Notes under the pieces: model-generated
What the model was told of the DNA's origin: nothing
The model's database searches: none
Seen by the model: only the letters and a program-made list of their open reading frames with translations
NCBI GenBank assembly: GCA_964465245.1
Contig: CAYXHQ010000002.1
Location: forward strand, 1 to 32,336
Direction of reading: 5' to 3'
DNA length: 32,336 nt
Source of the DNA: an uncultured Muribaculaceae bacterium
Lineage (GTDB): Bacteria > Bacillota_I > Bacilli_A > RF39 > UBA660
Shown: positions 31,548 to 32,336 of the stretch, one piece after another
Layout of the letters: each line of letters opens with the position of its first letter
Numbering within the stretch: position 1 is the stretch's first letter
Position numbers and translations under genes: made by a program

Positions 31548-31705
31548 AAAAAAATCCCATAAACATAAGGACGATATATACCGTGGTACCACCTTAATTC
31601 ATAGGATTATTATACTATCTTTTTGTTGTTAAAGCCAACATTACTTTTTACTTATACACTTTGTGTCACTAATATTTACATATTACCAAAGAAAGTAACT
31701 TTCTA
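31548..31705 (-). promoter_or_regulatory. T-box riboswitch leader of aspS (compact)
   Basis: The minus strand has the T-box sequence AAGGTGGTACCACGG (31581-31595), a weak terminator hairpin plus TTTTTTT (31548-31554), and a candidate specifier GAC-A (31665-31667, in UAGUGACACAAAG). Confidence 0.75.
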
Positions 31706-31711
31706 CAAATT

Positions 31712-31739
31712 ATTATACATCATTTCTTATTAAAGTCAA
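31712..31739 (-). promoter_or_regulatory. sigma-A promoter of the aspS T-box leader
   Basis: On the minus strand: TTGACT (31734-31739), a 16-nt spacer, then TATAAT (31712-31717). It starts 10 nt after the recA stop. Confidence 0.55.
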
Positions 31740-31749
31740 TTTAATATAA

Positions 31750-32336
31750 CTACTTTTCTTCTTCTAATTGTGGTAATTCTTTTTTCTCTTCTTTCTTTTC
31801 AAAATAATGTTTTCTTACCTTTGCATCTATTTCTTCAAACATTTTAGGATTATTTTTAAGTACAAGTTTTGTATTTTCTTTTCCTTGCCCTATTTTTTCT
31901 CCTTTGTATGAATACCATGCTCCACTTTTATCAATTACATCAATATTAGCAGCTAAATCAACTAGTTCTCCTTCTTTAGATACACCTTCACCATACATTA
32001 TTTCCACTTCAGCCGTTTTAAATGGTGGAGCTACTTTATTTTTAACAACTTTTACTACAGTTCTATTTCCTATAATATCAGTTCCCATTTTAATTTGTTC
32101 TGCACGCCTTACATCAAGTCTAACTGTTGAATAATATTTAAGTGCTCTTCCACCTGGTGTTGTCTCAGGATTGCCAAACATAACTCCAACTTTTTCTCTT
32201 AACTGATTAATAAATATACATATTGTATTCGTTTTACTTACTACACCGCTTAGTTTTCTAAGTGCTTGTGACATTAATCTTGCTTGTAATCCAACATGAG
32301 AATCCCCCATCTCCCCTTCAATTTCTGCTTGAGGAA
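31750..32336 (-). CDS. recA: recombinase RecA (C-terminal part; 5' end outside the window)
   Basis: The frame is open to the window edge: ...[77 protein letters not shown] is canonical RecA. Confidence 0.95.
   Translation of the reverse strand, partial: PQAEIEGEMGDSHVGLQARLMSQALRKLSGVVSKTNTICIFINQLREKVGVMFGNPETTPGGRALKYYSTVRLDVRRAEQIKMGTDIIGNRTVVKVVKNKVAPPFKTAEVEIMYGEGVSKEGELVDLAANIDVIDKSGAWYSYKGEKIGQGKENTKLVLKNNPKMFEEIDAKVRKHYFEKKEEKKELPQLEEEK

Noticed and set aside
1-32336. tRNA, rRNA, CRISPR array, IS element, integrase, or alternative genetic code (UGA=Trp)
   Set aside because: I saw no cloverleaf-like GC-rich segments, no regularly spaced direct repeats and no transposase- or integrase-like ORFs. 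Long conserved ORFs are intact under the standard code, with Trp encoded by TGG.

Overview
AT-rich chromosomal segment of a low-GC Gram-positive (Bacillota-type) organism, judged from two T-box leaders, sigma-A-like promoters, GatCAB and standard stop codon usage. I call 31 protein genes, and all except rpsD are on the minus strand. Most are housekeeping genes. In minus-strand transcription order these are recA (3' part), aspS-serS, tyrS, murG-ftsQ/divIB-gatCAB, ftsA-ftsZ, obg, rsmE and mtaB; rpsD sits on the plus strand between ftsZ and obg. Lineage-specific genes are interspersed among them. These include a 733-aa secreted Cys/Ser/Thr/Tyr-rich protein (22662-24863) and a 1335-aa wall-anchored adhesin (13571-17578) inserted between gatB and ftsA. 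The adhesin has an ALK-like glycine-rich domain, 11 MucBP-like repeats and an NPKTG sorting signal. There is also an orphan AbiEi/AbiGi-like wHTH gene with a palindromic promoter-operator, followed by a small MazG/PRA-PH-like NTP pyrophosphohydrolase and obg. Several small membrane-anchored proteins have no recognisable family. I recognised no rRNA, tRNA, CRISPR array, transposase or integrase. The most notable observations are as follows. (1) ftsZ is split by an out-of-frame deletion that removes the tubulin-signature GTP loop. (2) The AbiEi-like/MazG-like/obg arrangement has a strong operator-embedded promoter and no AbiEii toxin. (3) Two large, terminator-flanked surface-protein genes are embedded in the division/translation gene cluster. 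(4) ftsQ and gatCAB form a fused, translationally coupled operon. (5) A compact Asp T-box appears to drive aspS, serS and a tightly coupled 81-aa acidic ORF. I cannot show a complete novel multi-gene system from the sequence alone. The candidates above are ranked by how unusual they look.
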